From Antedon mediterranea (lineage: Eukaryota; Animalia; Echinodermata), in contig NC_092674.1 of NCBI RefSeq assembly GCF_964355755.1, forward strand, positions 27,962,001 to 28,026,000: 64,000 bases of DNA, written 5' to 3'. The notes under the pieces are model-generated. The model made no database searches, was not told the DNA's origin, and saw only the letters and a program-made list of their open reading frames with translations. The position numbers were made by a program, and so were the translations under genes. Shown here piece after piece: positions 25,501 through 38,200 of the stretch (its first letter is position 1; every line of letters begins with the position of its first letter).

Positions 25501-27221
25501 GTCTTAATGAGGAACAAACACTAGCAGAATTGTGAGTATTTACTACTAGACAGTTGTAAACATTCTATCCCAAATTGTATGAATTAATGCCACTTTTCCA
25601 TGCCATGTTTTTGTGGGAAAATAAATAAACAAACTAAACAAGTTGTAAACATTCTATCCCAAATTGTATGAATTAATGCCCCTTTTCAATGCCATGTTTT
25701 TGTGGGAAAATAAATAAACAAACTAAAGAAGTTGTAAACATTCTATCCCAAATTGTATGAATTAATGCCACTTTTCCATGCCATGTTTTTGTGGGAAAAT
25801 AAATAAACAAACTAAACAAGTTGTAAACATTCTATCCCAAATTGTATGAATTAATGCCACTTTTCCATGCCATGTTTTTGTGGGAAAATAAATAAACAAA
25901 CTAAACAAGTTGGAAACATTCTATCCCAAATTGTATGAATTAATGCCACTTTTCCATGCCATGTTTGTGTGGGGAAATAAATAAACACACTAAAAAAATA
26001 AAAAACAAGCAAGCAAACAAAACATGTTGATAAACAAAAACAATATTTACAACAAATTATATTTCTGATTTCTTTTTCTTCAGAATTGGTGACACGTCAA
26101 TTCAAGAAAATACAAACCGTGAGAACATGTCAAAGCTTCAGAAATATTACGATCTTTTTGTCCACGAGTTTTCTCCGGATGACCGACCAAAATCTCAATC
26201 TCCCGTCACTTTAGATATTCTAGTTAGCAGCCTCGCCCATCATGTGCAATTGAAGTCTCATAAGAATATGGAAATATTACAAATCAGTAGTGAGGTATCA
26301 AATGTTATTTATGTGGAGTGTTATTAGCTCTGTCTACACTATCAAACTAGTTTGACAAAAAAATTGTGGTGTGCCCAAATATGGTAGTGGTATGTCCAAA
26401 TACAGATACAGATATGACATCATCATCATGGACACATCACATTTTTGTCACATAAAATTTGATAGTATAGACAAGGCTTCAGGTGGAAAATGGTTTGTTA
26501 CACATCACAATTTTAGAGCAGTTTGCAATGCCAAACCAGGCTAAAGCCACTAAGCAAAGGGGCAGATACAAGGTTGTTATATTGTATGGTATAGATTTTT
26601 TTTTAACATGACCTATATTCTTTCAAATTTATTGGCTAATTACTCATCACATGGTTCTAACTCATGGAAAAGTGATATCTACTGGTGATAATCAATAGGC
26701 TCTAATACTTTTTGTAACATTTTAAAACATTTTTCTAGCATCTGGAATTGTAATAATAAAATGTAATATTTATTTCACTTTATTTTACTTTAGTTAACAA
26801 GAAGAATGAATGGAGTAAGATTCACGAGTTGTAAAAGTGCCAAAGATCGTACTGCAATGTCTGTGACATTAGAGCAATGTTCACTTCTGCAGAAGGAACA
26901 TCAGATGGATCCTAAAATCTTTCAACATCTTCTTGACACAATGAGAAGGTATTATTGACATATTTCTTATTTTTCAAGTTTATTCTATTCGTAGAAAAAC
27001 AACAATTAGCAGTAGAATCGATCTTTTAATTATAAAAGTGCATTTTCAAACAATTTTAAAACCTATTATATTTTTTTTGCAGCGATGGGATTCGTCGAGA
27101 TAACGTTAGAAAGAATCTAGTCCATACCAACAAGTACGCCTTCAGTAAGATGCAGTTAAGGGCGTTTCCTAAGCTGTACCGTCCACCAGATCGCACCTTT
27201 GGCAAACAAGCTGCAAGCTAA
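10519..27221 (+). CDS. INPP4: Inositol polyphosphate 4-phosphatase (INPP4A/B-like), PH + C2 + CX5R phosphatase, ~1018 aa, 21 coding exons
   Basis: Exons 10519-10636, 14357-14509, 16020-16262, 16629-16864, 17206-17337, 17541-17585, 18253-18458, 18709-18766, 19755-19857, 20370-20480, 21011-21119, 21538-21700, 23340-23570, 23991-24176, 24321-24389, 24535-24658, 24950-25073, 25391-25531, 26084-26294, 26794-26948 and 27083-27221 join in frame (3057 nt). Motifs: [13 protein letters not shown] (PH), [62 protein letters not shown], catalytic [20 protein letters not shown] (26821 onward), FPKLYRPP. Confidence 0.95.
15885..15967. repeat. 19-bp minisatellite (~4 copies)
   Basis: TCCTCCACCCACAAGGATA repeated in tandem in INPP4 intron 2. 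Confidence 0.8.
16361..16582 (+). mobile_element. tRNA-derived SINE copy
   Basis: A-box-like TAGTTCGGTGG and B-box-like GGTTCAATCC; the body CTCACGACTCTTTCAACT...CCTCAAATGAGACTTAGTTTAT is shared with 23631-23815. Confidence 0.7.
20770..20926. mobile_element. PIF/Harbinger-type MITE, family 1
   Basis: TIRs AG(G/C)TCTGTCTACACTATCAAAC...GTTTGATAGTGTAGACAGAGCT; internal ATATGGTAGTGATATG repeats; TWA flanks. Confidence 0.8.
22384..22481. repeat. 22-bp minisatellite (~4.5 copies)
   Basis: TCACCTTGTGAGCATCAACTTA at 22384, 22406, 22428, 22450 and 22472. Confidence 0.85.
23121..23279. mobile_element. PIF/Harbinger-type palindromic MITE
   Basis: Imperfect inverted arms AGCCCAATTTCCACTAGGCAAATTTGTTCG...CGAACAATTTTGCTAAGTGTAAAATCGGCT, flanked by TTA on both sides. 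Confidence 0.7.
23631..23815 (+). mobile_element. tRNA-derived SINE copy
   Basis: TAGCTTGGTGG A box and GGTTCAATCC B box (locally duplicated); homologous to 16361-16582. Confidence 0.7.
25134..25289. mobile_element. PIF/Harbinger-type MITE, family 1
   Basis: AGCTCTGTATACACTATCAAAC...TTTGATAGTGTAGACTGAGCT. Confidence 0.75.
25553..25995 (+). repeat. 89-bp tandem repeat (5 copies) in INPP4 intron 18
   Basis: GTTG(T/G)AAACATTCTATCCCAAATTG starts at 25553, 25642, 25731, 25820 and 25909. Confidence 0.9.
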
Positions 27222-27569
27222 TTATGACTTTAGTGTCTTCCCCCACCCCCCCCCCCCCCCCACCATCCACTAATTAGGAAAGTTTTGTAACTTTACGAAT
27301 ACGATAACAACAATGGATACGTCACACATGTGTGACATTTTAGACCTGATCCCCATTTCATATTCGTAGAGTAGAAATTGGTTTCTGCTAAAAAAAAAAA
27401 AAAAAAAGCAGTTTATATTAACTCAGGATTGTAAGACCATATTTACCAAACCATACTTATCAAAGTGATTTACATATAACAATAATATTGTTTGTATTTG
27501 TGAAGGTTGTAAAAATGAAATATAAATATTCACTATTTAATTGTTTAAAGTATTCAATGCTTTCTTTAA

Positions 27570-28109
27570 AGATGTATTGTCCCTTTGTCAAATTCCAAAA
27601 ATATTTAAATAAAAAGATTTCGAAAAAAAGTGGGTCATTTTGAAGTATCATAATAGTTATTAACTTTCACCAAAAATTTGTCCAAAAAAAAAATCATTTA
27701 ACTGAAATACAGACGTTTTTTGGTTCAAAAAATAACTTTGACTTCCAGTCAAAGTTTTCGATCAAAACATATCCCATATGCAATGCGCTTATTTGGCTAC
27801 TCTGTATGCATAATCATAAAACTTCCTCGCGATCTGTGTGAAAACAACTTTCAACCGTGACGAGTTGTAAACAATCCTAATTAGCATCATGCATAATGTA
27901 TACTCATGGTTTGAAATCTTTGTTTACTTTTGCTCGCTATTTTCCAGAGGAAATGTAATCAAATTAGTTTAGCTGTTAATTACGTAAAATTGTTTTTGGC
28001 TCGAATTTTCGACTTAAAGTGGATAACTTTAATATTACTTTGATATGGCCAATTAAAATTTAGTATATTTTGACCTTAATTTTTTTGTGTTTCAAGGGAC
28101 AATACATTT
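27570..28109. mobile_element. Non-autonomous DNA transposon with TTAA TSD (Kolobok-like), 540 bp
   Basis: TTAA|AGATGTATTGTCCCTT...AAGGGACAATACATTT|TTAA: 16-bp TIR with 1 mismatch, starting with purines, duplicated TTAA. Confidence 0.75.
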
Positions 28110-28475
28110 TTAAATGTAATAAAAATATTGCAAAATTAAAAATGTAAATATTATTAAACACACACAATGTTACATTGTAAATAATAGACTATATTCATTG
28201 TGTGAATATTAATATTCAGATTTTAAATAATAAAGTTTTAAGTTAAATAAAGAATTTTATTTTTTAAGGGTATGTTTACAGCTGTAGATGCCAGCAATAT
28301 GTGTTTATGTTTCGATTTATTTATTTGGGTATCAGACTGCCGTTATTTTTAATGGTGTCAATTTTTGTATGTTTTAAGATGTTTGATTCGATACTCTTTT
28401 TACAAAGCAATTATGTGTAACTTAGCAAAATAAGAAAAAAATGTCATTGTATGTTGCTTGTATTATCTGCTAATA

Positions 28476-28782
28476 CAGTAAAACCCCATTAAGGGGACAC
28501 CTTCAGGACCAAACAATGTGTTCCTTGAATAGGGGTTGGTTTTAGTGCTAAAACGAATATTGAAGAATTCCATTCATTCGTTTCATGAGAAAGTTCCCCT
28601 GGAGTTGTGCAGTGGTTGATCCAGGATTTTAAAATAGGGGGACCCAGGGCCTAAAAGTAGTGGAATGAAATGCTCAACTTAATTTGATGTCCTATCTTTT
28701 GCATTACAATTTGTGAAATTTAGAGGGGTCACGGCCGGCTGGGCACCCCCTTAATTCCGCCCCCTAAATAGGGGTTCTACTG
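28476..28782. mobile_element. Tc1/mariner-type MITE (TA flanks)
   Basis: TA|CAGTAAAACCCC...GGGGTTCTACTG|TA; internal TAAGGGGACAC motifs. Related pieces at ~22600-22866, ~35355-35495 and ~53180-53435. Confidence 0.6.
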
Positions 28783-29224
28783 TATGCCAAACTATCTATT
28801 TACAATAAGTTCGTCACGATGATATCTGTCGGCACATCAAGTCTTTTCTTTTAAATTTCAATAAGACTTTATGGTACTTACTAACTGGTATTATTTTTGC
28901 AATAGAAACTATGGAAAGTAAAAAAAAAGTTTTATGCAATAAAAATGGAATTTCTAGTGTTCTTGTTTTTTTAATAACAAATATAGTACTGTACTAAATT
29001 AGCAGATTACACTGGTCTTTAGTTCTGACTGAACTGAAAATGAAATTAATGAATATATTTGTTTATATTGGAAAGCCTTTGGGACATAATGTTTTGGAAA
29101 CCTAGCATTATTATGAGAGATGATTGTGAAAACTATTGGTGGCAGCATTCAGTAAGTTTTGGATTTTGTTATCGTGCGTCAGGTGGTTTTTGTGTACCAT
29201 CAATGTCAATTAAAAAAGCATAAA

Positions 29225-32200
29225 ATGGGGTCGGAAAATGAATTAACAGAGGTAATTATTCGTTAAAATGTATTACTATTGTTTTACTACGTTACAGGGA
29301 TGTAATTTTAGCCAAACTCGCATCCTTTCTTGTCCCACACCGCTATTTAGCCTGCTTGATTAGGCTAGGCTTACCTGCCCTCTCTCTCTCTCTAGTAGGC
29401 CTAGTAGTAGATAGATGCTAGTTCTGGAATCGATGCGTTTGCTTGCCTGATTTATTATATTCTGGCCTAGGCCTGTATGATCTAGGCATAGAAATAGTTA
29501 TGTACAGTATACTCTATTATTTAAATTATCCTTATACATAATATTGTATGCATAAAATGCATCCATATTTTTATTGCCAGTTGATTTGATGCTGGCCTTT
29601 GTTTATTGTTTTTTTTTTTATTGTCTTATTAAATTGAAAAAACATCAATTTAAAATAAAAATTTTAAAAAATAAAATGTGTTTTTTTTTAAGTCACAACT
29701 TGGAGCAGTCGAGGAGTTAAGGTCACGGTTTTTCCTGGCTTGTGAAGGTAAGTTCTTCAATTGAATTGTAATTGTTTTATCATAACTATTTCCAATGCAT
29801 ATTATTTTTTTATGATGACCTTTTAAAATACAGTATTTTTTTTCACCTGTTTTAACTGTAAGTTTTATTTAATTCTACCTTCCAGAAACAGTCCCAGTAT
29901 ACTATATGTTTCATGATCAATTATTTTAAAATTATGCCTTAATAATTAAAGAATCTTCCTTTATTATTTTCAGACACAACATTTGCTAGCGAGTTTGACG
30001 AGCGGGATTTGGAACGTTTGGGCTACGATGATTGGTGGGTGTATAATTTCTTCCTCGTGGGAAAAAGCAAGATCGATACAGCCCTGCAGAAGATCACAAA
30101 TTCTTTTCGCTGGCGAAAAGAATTTGGAGTAAATGGTAATTGATTTATTTATGCAAACAATATTTGTTTTTTTGGGATAATAAATTTAGAAACATGTTGT
30201 TTTTAGAAAGAGTTTCACTTTAAAGAAGACAATTGATTTCTGAATATTGGTCATGCCTGATGTAATTGTGCAAAATATTTCCACTTTCTGTTGTCAACAG
30301 ATTGATAATAACAAAGTACCAGTATATTAAATTTAAACTCTTGTTCATATTGAGGCATTTACAGAAAAAGGTAATTTTGTCAATTTTCATAATTTACGAA
30401 AAAGTAAATTCTCCCAATTCTGGCCGAGTATGTCTGTTTTTTCAAGAAATGGTGATATTCTCAAAACTTTTTTTAATGCTGAAAAAGAATATGGGAACTT
30501 TTGGACCTCAAGATAAGACTGGTTTTGTAAAGTCAACTGTATTTAAAAAAATACACATTTATTTGTTGTTCTTATACAGATATCACAGAGGAAAGTTTTT
30601 CCGCTGAAGCACATGAGAAGGGAGCCGCCTACCCACATGGTAAAGACAAAGAAGGACGAACTATATGTAAGTGTGTGTTGTATACAAAAATACAAAATCA
30701 CTGATATCTTTTATCATATTATTATTTATTATAAAGCTCTGTCTACACTATCAAACTTTATGTAACTACAAAATGTGATGTGCCCATATAAGGACATGAC
30801 AATGTCATATCACTACCATAGTTGGGCATATCACTACCATATTTGGGCACACTTTTTTTTGTCAGACTAGTTTGATAGCGTAGGCAGAGCTTAATAATAA
30901 CAAACACTGATAAAATTTAATGTTTTCGATAGACAATGTGATTCCAAAATGAAATAATTTAAGGTTGTACGAAAAACAACCAGAACATCAAAAGTAATAG
31001 ATTTACATAGACAACAAATACTTACTTTTATGTTTTTATGTTCCAATATGTTAAAGGTCAACTTCCATTCTCTATAATATCATTATTAAAAAAACCAAAG
31101 ACTGTCCATAGTTATTATCTTAAGAACTCAAATTTACTTTATGTTCCTTTTGTAAGACTTAGCAAAAGCCAATTTTTTATTACAGTTCATGGACCTAAAT
31201 TATGGAATAACTTAAAAGAGAATCTAAAAAAATGTGAAAATGCAAAAATATTCAGACATCAAATTAAGTTTAATTATTTGGAAAATTATCATTCATAAAT
31301 ATACTATTATTATTATGCCAATTTTACCTAATTTGTACACATTTTTATTTTGTATTTGTGTTTTGTTGGGTCTTTCTGAGACAGGCCTTGGCCTCTAAGT
31401 CTGATCCAAATTAATGAAATCATTATTTGTTTATATTGTTTACATTGTTTAAGTTTTCATTAATTGAATAAATGTGAAATGAATGAATGAATATTCTCAA
31501 ACCTTTTTTTTTAGTGTGGTTTGATGTAAAATTGCATAATAAGAAAATCCCAGGCCAGACAGAGAAAGCTAAACGGTACTTGGTGTACTGGTTAGAGAAA
31601 CTACAGCGAGAATATCCATCGGAAAAGATAACAGTGTTAGAGGATATGTCAGGAGCGGGTGTCTCTAATATGGTGAGTATGCATACTAAAATGAAAGGGA
31701 GCTTGTCAAAATTATTTTACTGCAGTAAATATATTTTGTTTACCTGTAAATATTTGTTGTTATTGTGGTGACTGGCTTATAAACTTCTACATTTAAACAA
31801 CCTTAAACTCTGTTTACACTAACAAATCTTATAACAAAAAAATGTGATGTGCCCAAATATGGTAGTGATATGACATCATCATATACAGTACAGAATGTTA
31901 TTGCATTTCTAGAAAGTAGTGTTTTTAAATTTTCAAACCAACAGCAAATACATAACTCCAATTCATTTAAATTCCAACATTTCATTGCATTCTGGTACCA
32001 GACCAAAGCTCTGTAAACATGATGTGCCCATATATGGACATGATGACGTCACATCACCACCATATTTGGGCACATCCCATTTGATAGTGTAGACAGAGCT
32101 TAAGAAAACATTTGGGGCAAGTTTGGGTGTTTTGTTTTAGGAGAATTTACCATAAATTATATTTTTTTTATAGGATCTGGAAGTTGTGAAGTTTAAGATT

Positions 32201-35200
32201 CGTTGTTTTGAGGAATATTTTCCTTTTCTAGTTGGTAAGTTTTTATTATTTACTTTTTTCCATTTCCATTCTTTATTTTCAAAAAGTTTAAAAAAAATAA
32301 CAAATATGCAACCTTATTATGAAAGTGAAAGAAACTAGATACTGAAACAATGTCTTTCCTTATTACATTTGGATACAATGTATCATTGGAAATGTAATTA
32401 AAAACGCTGTATCATCGCTTCCTCCTTCCAGTTTGGATTCTAGTCAATTATGTAAATTAATATTATTGGTGTAATAACCTTGTCAACAAAATTGAACAAT
32501 AAGAATAATTCATTGTTTCTGTTTTTATAGACATGTTGTTTATCTATGAAATGGCATGGATACTAAATGGTAAGTTAAATAATATTTTCCTGATTGTGCT
32601 GATAAAGAAAAACAATTAATAATACTGTATGTCCTATGATATGTTCCACCACCCCCCCCCCCCCCCGCCCATCATTACGAGGGGTGGGACTATACATGGG
32701 AATACCCTCGTGCAGGAACAAATATGATTAGTATAGCATTTCTAACTGACTAGAGAGAGGCCTAAAAGACCAAAAGTCCAAAAGTAACTATACCTGGGGA
32801 TATGCCTGTTTGTGAAATCAGACATAAAGTAGGAGGTGGGTTATACCCTAAGTGGGATTATACCCTAAGTGGGATTATACCCTAAGTGGGATTATACCCT
32901 AAGTGGGATTATACCCTAAGTGGGATTATACCCTAAGTGGGATTATACCCTAAGTGGGATTATACCCTAAGTGGGATTATACCCTAAGTGGGATTATACC
33001 CTAAGTGGGTTATACCCTAAGTGGGATTATACCCTAAGTGGGATTATACCCTAAGTGGGATTATACCATAAGTGGGATTATACCCTAAGTGGGATTATAC
33101 CATAAGTGGGATTATACCCTAAGTGGGATTATACCCTAAGTGGGATTATACCCTAAGTGGGTTATACCCTAAGTGGGATTATACCCTAAGTGGGATTATA
33201 CCCTAAGTGGGATTATACCCTAAGTGGGATTATACCATAAGTGGGATTATACCCTAAGTGGGATTATACCCTAAGTGGGATTATACCATAAGTGGGATTA
33301 TACCATAAGTGGGATTATACCCTAAGTGGGATTATACCCTAAGTGGGATTATACCCTAAGTAAGATTATACCCTAAGTGGGATTATACCCTAAGTGGGAT
33401 TATACCCTAAGTGGGATTATACCCTAAGTGGGATTATACCCTAAGTGGGATTATACCCTAAGTGGGATTATACCCTAAGTGGGATTATACCCTAAGTGGG
33501 ATTATACCCTAAGTGGGATTATACCCTAAGTGGGATTATACCCTAAGTGGGATTATACCCTAAGTGGGATTATACCCTAAGTGGGATTATACCCTAAGTG
33601 GGATTATACCCTAAGTGGGATTATACCCTAAGTGGGATTATACCCTAAGTGGGATTATACCCTAAGTGGGATTATACCCAAAGATATACGGAAATCAAAT
33701 CAAAATGTAGATCATTTAGATCAGAAACTGGTTATTTGTCACTCACCCACGGACAGTAGTAGTTTTTAATAGACAAATATTTAAATACTTAGAAAAAACC
33801 ACTTAAATGTTAGTGGTGTATACTGTTAATGTGTTGCCGTATTTATCAATCACACTTGGGCTAAGGAAACAATTTTCTTATCTAGTGAATACCAGTGAAA
33901 AAAAGTGAAATACTTACTTTCTATTTAAAGGAAAGGTGTGTTTGGTGAATGCTGCCACTGTTGACACATATTTACCAATCCCACTCGGGCTATTTACCAA
34001 TCACACTTGGACTAAGGGAAAAATTCTCCTGTCTACTGAATACCACTTAAGTGAAATACTTCCTTATTGAAACCAGAGGAAATGTTTTCACTTTTAAAAT
34101 TTCTTCCTATCTTTGGGGAAAAGTATGATTGTTGAATGCAACCAAATAAATAGTTTTACTTTTGTCTCCTTGCAGCAATATGGAAGATAGTTGAAAAGCT
34201 TCTGTCAGAAGAAGCCAAGAGTCATATCAAGTTTATTCGAAAGGGAGATATTAAAACATACATTGAGGCTTCCACTCTTCCAGCTCACATGGGAGGAACA
34301 GTAAGTTGACTGTAGCTAATCCATTTAATAATAATATTAATACTGTATTAATTTCTGATGACATTATGTAGTGATATTTTTTCAATTGAGTAAATAGTAA
34401 TGGGAATTATTTTGCCGCTGGAATGATTTTCTTTCTGGTTTATGATTAATTTAATGATTGATTGAATTTATAAATTTGATTGAATACAGTATTACATTTG
34501 ATTACTGATCAAATTGAATGAATAATACATTCATTTAATTAATTATAGATGAATTTATTGATAAAAATTGTTTAAATTTGTTTTGTATTATTGATAAATA
34601 AATCTGATTTGAAGAGCGATATAGTTATTTAATTTAATGTCTAATTTATAAGTTTAATGTTTAAGTTTATTAATAAAAGAATTTATTTATTTAAAAACTG
34701 CTATTGAAATTAAAATGTTTTGTGTTTCTTTTTAAGGACACCTTTAAATGGGAGTACAAACCAAGAAGTAAAGAATTTGATGAATTCCAGTCAATATTAT
34801 ACACAGAAGATTTACAAGAGTTAACTGATAGAAAAGATGATACATTAACTAATGGACAACATCCTGCAGGAACATCAACCAATGGGATGAATTCTAACAA
34901 CTCGCCTTCTCATAAAAAACAATCAACTAACATTAAAAAATCAAATCTAGAATCCCCAACTGGAGATGCCAGTGTTAGAAAAGACAATTGTGAGATACAG
35001 TCTTCAACAGCCAATCGTATGCAGAATAAGCAGTCAACAGCCACTGGGGACAGTTCTAGTAGTAGATTAACTAACGCTAACAGTATTGTTGATGATAATT
35101 TTCAAGTTGCTACACCGTTAGAAAGTGACCTATTAACACGGAGAGTGAAGCAAGCAAGACCCAAAAATGGAATTATTCAGGAGAGACCAAAAAAGGTGTG

Positions 35201-38200
35201 TTTAAAAAGCATTTAAGTAATTATTTATATTTAAAGTTCATTTTATATGAATGTTATTTAATAGCATGTTTTTTTTTTACTAATATTTCTTCTACTTCTT
35301 TCTTAAATTAATTACCGGTAATTTTATCTTTTCTAATTATTTCTATTTCTACAATAGAGTACCTTTTTGGGACACTACTTTGTCACTTTCTTGTGAAATG
35401 AACACTGGATGTGGCCAACCCCTATTCTAGGGACACCCCTCCTAAGGGGTCATTTTGTTGTATCCCAAAGTTGTCCTCTTAAGAATGTGTACTGTAGTTA
35501 CACTCACTAATTTTTAATTAATTTATCTTTTTATATATAGTACTAATGGCAGCATGTTTGTTTTTGTAATTTTCTTTATTTAAACTTTTCTTGTAGCTTG
35601 CATATTCCAACTCGTATAACTCAAAGGTCGGTTTTTAATTTCTGTTTGTCGCACGCTTTTAAATTTAGTTATTTATATTTGTATTTTCATCTTCTGTCTG
35701 CATTTTAATTTGAAATCGTTCTTAGAAAAATGATAAAAAAAAAGAATTTATTATGGTATATTAAATAGTTTTTCAATTGTATATATTATTCATACAGTCT
35801 ATTGATGCAAACTATGCATCAACTAATAAATGCATTATATCAGATTTTTGAATAATGATATGAAGCAATTATTGATTTATTATTAACTTATTTCTGCATT
35901 TTAGGTTCAATTTGCCGAGAGTGAAACGGAGGAAGTTACGCGAAAAAAGCTTAATGAACAAAACAAAGGGGTACGTTTTTAATCAATTCTGTTGTGTTTG
36001 CTGTGTGCTGTACTGTACATTATTGATAGCTTTTGATGCTACTATACTCTACTGTATATTAATTGATGAAATCTTTGTCATTCATCCATACTGTATATTT
36101 GCTTTGACTATTCTAACCCAGAACACGCAGACACACTTTTGCTGACCGGTCATTCTCTTGCACAGCTCCATCCTTATGGAATACTCTTCCACCATCAATC
36201 AAGAATACCAATTCTATTGACATTTTCAAACCATTGCTGAAAACCCATCTTTCGCATAGCTGTATATGAAATGACGTAATTGCCACCTTGTTTCGAACCT
36301 TGTGGTCGTAGTGCTTTAGAGAAAATTTATTTTGGTTAAGCGCTATACAAAAGACAATTATTATTATTATTATGACTCATTATTTTTTTCTCATTTCAGT
36401 TACGGTTACTCCGGCGTTTAAAATCAAAGGATGCACACGTCGGACCCCTCATAACAATCTCGTAAGTTTATTTTATTTTTCTATGTTTTTTAAGATTCTT
36501 ATATTAAAGCCATACTGGTAGTAATATTCAGTATACCAGTATTTTGAAAAATGCTGGCAGTGTAATTTCCTAGCATACTACTGTAAAAAGAAAATGATCG
36601 TAAATCAAACATCTTGCCGACCAACAACTCAAATTTAATTAAATCCTGGTTAAATTTGTTCTCTTTTTGTTTTGAATGTTTTATATACTATCCGAAATAA
36701 TGCAAATGAATGAATAATTTTGTTCCTATTTTTTGTGTATATTCAGGCCTGGAGAACAACTTGAATTTTCCTTGAACCTATCAAAAAACGAAGAGCCATC
36801 TCTGGAGCTGTGTGCAAGAATATCATTACAAAATACAAGAGATCACACAGTAGCATTTAAGGTAACATTTGATATCAAATCCTATCTTCAATTTAAAAAC
36901 AACAATTTTATGGTATTTACGTTCATATTTTGATATTTGATAGGTGAAAACAACCAGCCCGGACAGGTACAAAGTAAAACCAAGTGCTGGCCCTATCAAA
37001 CCAAATGCTAGTGTCAACATAAATGTGTATATTAGTACAAGTAAGTTAAGAATTGTGTCTACTTACAGATATGTTTAGTTAAAAGAATTTTATGACCAAC
37101 AGACAGACAGACCAGTATTATGATGTATTTTTTGTGTAATACTAAAGCTCTGTCTATATTATGTGACAAAAAAATGATTATTTCATACTGTATCACTACC
37201 ATATTTAAGCATACCACTACCATATTTAGGCATACCACTACCATATTTAGGCATACCACTACCATATTTAAGCATACCACTACCATATTTAGGCACATCA
37301 CACTAGTTTGATAGTGTAGACAGAGCTTAATATTTATAATTTCTCGTCACAAGTTCACAAGGAAGCAATTTCAAATGACAAGTTTCTCGTGATGTCAACT
37401 GAGCTACATGAAGTGATCAGAGTTCCTGCGGAAATGACAGAATTCTGGAAGAAAGTATCGAAAGAAAAGATCATGGAGCACAGGTGAGTGAAAGAAAAAG
37501 AATGTATTAACCAGTTCTTTAATGGTGAAAGAAAGAGTGTAGGGGAAAGAAATCGGTGGAGCAAAAACATTTGTAATGTGCACTAAAAATTTATATGTAT
37601 ATAGATGTAATTATTGACTGTGATAACCTATGATCACTGTCAACTTTGGTAGCGCCTTGAGCACTTCTAGTGGATATGTGGTCTTTATAAATTATTATTA
37701 TTATTTCACTAACAATTTTTTCCGTGTGTATTTAAAATGTTGTGTGTTTTATCCACATTTTTTTTTAAAGGTTAACATGTGCATATGTGCCGGCAGAGGA
37801 AGAGAAAGAAAAGATACCACAGGATCCCAGTATAGCTCTTAACAAACGAATACTGCAACTCAACGAAAAGGTAACCTTATGTGAATTATAGGATTTAAAA
37901 TGTGTCTGTATTGGGTGAGGAACATGCATGGTATTTCAGGTTTCATTTGATGTTTAACAAGTTTGTCTGTTTTCTCTTGTTCTATACATTTTTACCTACT
38001 GTTATACATAGAGACGCAACGCAAGGACTTAACACAACGTAAGTGATTTGACTTATTACAAGCAATATATTATTTAACAGCCGCTTGTCATTGGTCAATT
38101 CGCTTGCGCTGCATCTACGCGCTTGCATCTACGTGCTTGCAGTGTGTCTATAGTGGGAACCAAGCTTTATAAATAAATGTATAACAGTGGGTAAAAATGC

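Noticed and set aside
32836-33679. CRISPR-like regular repeat
   Set aside because: Units are contiguous with no unique spacers, there are no cas genes, and it lies in a eukaryotic intron.
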